Positions 49,374 to 53,354 of a stretch of DNA of 53,354 bases are shown piece after piece; within the stretch, counting starts at the first letter, position 1; the number at the start of each line of letters is the position of its first letter. A model generated the notes under the pieces. It had not been told where the DNA came from and searched no databases. It worked only from the letters and a program-made list of their open reading frames with translations. Location of the stretch: contig NC_068981.1 in the NCBI RefSeq assembly GCF_001194135.2, positions 118,484,252 through 118,537,605 on the forward strand. Direction: 5' to 3'. The position numbers were made by a program, and so were the translations under genes. Source of the stretch: Octopus bimaculoides. Lineage: Eukaryota.

Positions 49374-49695
49374 TCGGGGTCGATAAATTAAGTACCAGTT
49401 ACGCACTTGAGTCGATGTAATCGACTTAATCCTTTTTTCACTCCTTATTTGTCCCCTCTATGTTTAGCTCCTTGCGGGCAATAAAGAAATAAGAAACGTT
49501 AGCATGCCGGGCGAAATGCTTAGCGGTATTTCGTCTGTCTTTACGTTCTGAGTTCAAATTCTACCGAGGTCGACTTTGCCTTTCATCCTTTCGGGATCGA
49601 TAAATTAAGTACCAGTTGTGTTCTGGTATCGATCTAATTGACTGGCCCCCTCCCCAAAAATTTCGGGCCCTGTGCCTAGAGTAGACAAGAATATT
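49374..49695 (+). mobile_element. Two tandem SINE family A copies (a 3' half, then a near-full copy)
   Basis: TTCGGGGTCGATAAATTAAGTACCAGTT occurs twice (once as TTCGGGATCG); head CGTTAGCATGCCGGGCGAAATGCTTAGCGG; B-box GAGTTCAAATTC. Confidence 0.92.
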
Positions 49696-50219
49696 TCTCT
49701 TGCAAGGATAGCATCTGTCAACTCACTTCTTTACGTACATCATTAACCTAGATGTTAGCACCGGAGGCCCGTAGTTAGTCTGGCCGACAGTGAATCCCAA
49801 ACTATTGAGTTGTGCTGATGAATTTCATAAGCGAGGTACGACTGACAATATTTTTGGTTTTTACAATGTCTACAATTTCTAGGATGACAGACCTTGCAAA
49901 CTGTCATTCACGCGCCTACGAAGAAACTTATATGAGGTTGTTCGACTCGCCAAAAATATCAGCCAATCTATTAATCTTAACGATTAAACTTCAAAAAGAG
50001 ACAAAGCAGTTATGTGTTGGAGGTGGCATTCTATCTTCCGATCAAACTAAGGAACCAATTTTCTATTGATTTATTCAAATTGTTGATACTATCTGTCGAC
50101 TGCAGTATGTAATATGTCACCGTTTTGAGATGATGGAACTGAATTTAGACTATGCACAGGACCAGAAAACATACCGCAGGCATCGCTCTGACAATTCCGC
50201 CTATTCACTATCCTGGACT

Positions 50220-50345
50220 GACAGTCTTTTCTTCAACTCCGAAAGCAGAAGAGATAAAGTTAACCTAGGTGGGATTTGAACTCAAAGCGAGCGCGGAGAG
50301 TCGAATACCGTGAGACATTCTGTCCATCACTCTAACTAGTTCGCT
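50220..50345 (-). mobile_element. Diverged SINE family A head
   Basis: CGAAAGCAGAAGAGATAAAGTTAACCT.GGTGGGATTTGAACTC corresponds to the reverse complement of the family B-box and core. Confidence 0.55.
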
Positions 50346-51414
50346 GCTTGTAGTATAGTACTAGACAAACAAAGAGATGAGATGTTGATGTACTTTTCAT
50401 CATAAGCTTTCTTCACCATGACAATTTATCAGCATGACATCTTTTAGCCTTTCATATATCTGTTCTTCTAAAAACATCTATTTACAAATTGCTGCTGGTG
50501 TCGTTTAACTCAGTTCTGAACGAGCTAACATGTCCTTCTGAGAGGACGTTGGCTATATTTTCGAACTATGCCATTTTCGTTTTATTGTTTAACTCAGTAA
50601 TGTGATTTGTGTGAGATTTAATGTTATTTCAAGGAGATCAAGCGATCTTTAGAGGCTGCACCATTAGCTATTTTTAGATAGAGAATTGCTGTAAATTGCT
50701 GTACAAGTATACTCTACATATTTATTTTAGTCCCTCCCTGAGCTTGCAAATTCTATCGGTATCTCAGAATAAATATAGAGATCTATATATGCATATTTGT
50801 CTGTCTGTCTTATGCATTAATGTACGGACGTATGTACATACGGGTGTGTGTTTGCGTGTATGTATGTCTGTCTGTCTGTATGTATGTATGTATGTATGCA
50901 TGTATGTATGCATGTATGTATGCATGTATGCATGGAATACTGGACAAAAAAAGAAAAGTCTATTTACTCATTATGAGAAACATTTTAATTATTCTTTCTT
51001 TTCAGGAAAGATATTTCCATTGGAATATAATTCAAAATATATAAATATACACATGTAGAAACATTAGCGCTACAGTGAAGAAGATATGGGTTGGGTGCAA
51101 GAAATGGTACATAAAAAGCATTTCTCCCATTACCAAGAATATCATAACAATGATTTAATACAAGGACTCGGACTTATATAAGGATAGGGAAACCGGAAAA
51201 TGCAGCTTTCATGCCTTTCCTAAAAGCATTAGCGGCGTAAGTAAAATAAAATTGATACAAGCGAAGCTCGATACCAACTGGTGAGTTCGTCTCACCCCTA
51301 GGTTCATTCTTACTCAATGGCACTCGTCACAAGAAAGCATCCACATTTTTTTAACATATATATGGCTTTGTTTAATTCAAATGACATTTTTCATTCGATT
51401 GCCCAAATTAAAGC

Positions 51415-51436
51415 AATAATAATAATAATAATATTA

Positions 51437-51515
<79 letters not shown>
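51415..51515. repeat. (AAT)n(ATT)n(GAT)n microsatellite
   Basis: Direct. Confidence 0.95.
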
Positions 51516-51516
<1 letters not shown>

Positions 51517-51999
51517 CTCGAGATATATGATTTACACTGAACCAATATTGATTAAATGGTATCGATTCACAGCCCTATTAAGTAAAAAAGAAAATAAAGT
51601 AAAAAATAAAATGTCACAGAAACAAAAACACTTCAGTTTCTGTGATGTGTAAGGTTCGTATGTTTTCTTAAAAGTTACATAAGCCGAGATTAGGACTAGA
51701 GTTACTTCAAAATAGATTATCTGCATCAGAAAAAGAGGAAAAAAACATGTTTCTTTATAAAAATGTTATGTACATTATTTATAATCGCATATAATTTTAA
51801 TTGCTATACAAATCGAATTTCTTACACTGGGAAAACAGCCAGTTTTCTTAAAGGAAAGTTCGAATCTATTCAGATAACACTTATTTAATCACNNNNNNNN
51901 NNNNNNNNNNNNNTTGTAGGAATATATGAAAATAATATTTCGAAGAAATACATCTATCTTACCGAAAAATAGAATTAAAATGTCGCTACCATAAATACC

Positions 52000-52183
52000 A
52001 GGCGCCAGCGTGGCTGTGTGGTAAGAAGCTTGCTTCCCAACCACATGGTTCCGGGTTCAGTTCCACTGCGTTGCACCTTGGGAAAATGTCTACTACTATA
52101 GCTTTGAGTCGACCAAAGCCTTGTGAGTAAACTTCATAGACGGAAACTGAAAGAAGCCCGTCGTATATATCTATACATACGTG

Positions 52184-52223
<40 letters not shown>

Positions 52224-52538
52224 NNNNNNNNNNNNNNNNNNNNNNNNNNNNNNNNNNNNNNNNNNNNNNNNNNNNNNNNNNNNNNNNNNNNNNNNNNNNN
52301 NNNNNNNNNNNNNNNNNNNNNTGTGTGTGTGTGTGTATGTGTTTGTTCTCCTTTCACCGCTTGACAAACGGTGTTGGTGCGTTTACGTCTCCGTAATCTA
52401 GCGATTCGCTAAATGGAGACCGATTGAATAAGTGCTAGGCTCAAAACACAAGGGTCCATTCATTAGACTAAAAGTTATTCAAGGCGATACCTCAGCATGG
52501 CCGCACTCTAATGACAGAAAGAAGTAAAGGATAAAAGA
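52000..52538 (+). mobile_element. Full-length SINE family B: tRNA-like head, internal (TG)n with a gap, and 3' body
   Basis: A-box-like TGGCTGTGTGGTAAG and B-box-like GGTTCAGTTCC, then AAGAAGCCCGTCGTATA, (TG)n, CGCTTGACAA..CAGCATGGCCGCA and AAGTAAAGGATAAAAG. Both halves recur elsewhere in the window. Confidence 0.9.
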
Positions 52539-53354
52539 TGGCAGAAAAATAAATTTTCTATTCTTTACATTCAAGATGCAATTCAAAATATTCGTCCTTA
52601 TCTGCCATTAATACGGCTAGTAAACCAATTTGACTAATTTTCATGTAAACTTAGCTTTAAATTATTCAGTTATTTGAAATAATAACTTAATTTCATTGAA
52701 TTTAGATATTGTAAAAATTCATCAATTACTGCACACAGTTGAAACCTAGCATCGTAAATCGGTATAGATTAGCCATTAACTAAGGACAGATATTGTGAGA
52801 AAATATAGAAGAACCAATATAACCTGTAAGTAACAAGTAAATTACTGTGTTCAATCTTGTTATGTTGCATTGCTTAAATTATCAAATAGTCTATAACGAC
52901 ACTATGAAATAAATGATAAAATATTCTATGAGCACTAACTTTATAATCTACCAGTGACAATATCTTATGTAAAACAAGTATAATGGAACCAAGGCGAAAT
53001 GAATCAATGCAACATATTATGAAATAAAGTGAGACAGAATCAATGAAATCAAGAATGGACAACATGAAGTAGCCAATACAAATTAAGTTGCCGATAGAAA
53101 AGAAGTCAACGTGTCCGTACACTAGAAAGAAAATATGAAATAACTCTATACGATAAAAAGAAAGAAATTATGAGTACAAAAGTTTTTTGACTAGTACTGA
53201 TCGTATTCAACGGGAATTTGACAAAAAAAATTAAATAAACGATTTACATTCAATCGAGAATATAATTAGAAGAGAGTTTCAGTGACGATATATATGTGTG
53301 TGTGTGTGTGTATTTATGTATTTATAATGTATATATATATATATATATATATAT

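Noticed and set aside
49812-50069. 85-aa ORF in apparently unique sequence
   Set aside because: It has no recognisable motif or convincing splice structure.

Overview
This is AT-rich, gapped eukaryotic DNA that is saturated with repeats, and I found no host gene I can support. The SINE families, microsatellite load and N-gaps suggest an octopus (coleoid cephalopod) short-read scaffold; that is an inference from recalled repeat consensus, not a database search. Almost every supplied ORF is a microsatellite or N-gap artefact or a transposon fragment. Recognisable content: three tRNA-like SINE families (one forming head-to-tail arrays, one carrying an internal microsatellite), two decayed Penelope-like elements, two Tx1/L1-clade fragments, three R4/Dong-type segments, an RTE tail, and several Tc1/mariner, maT and Tigger remnants. 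The strongest unexplained signal is a 524-bp inverted-repeat element (46771-47294) whose two arms each carry an outward-facing, minimal hammerhead-ribozyme-like motif. Two more long near-perfect palindromes lie at 23139-23315 and 33207-33583. An R4/Dong-type LINE is flanked by (TACA)n on both sides and abuts a second copy of its own 3' end. All alignments and mismatch counts were made by eye.
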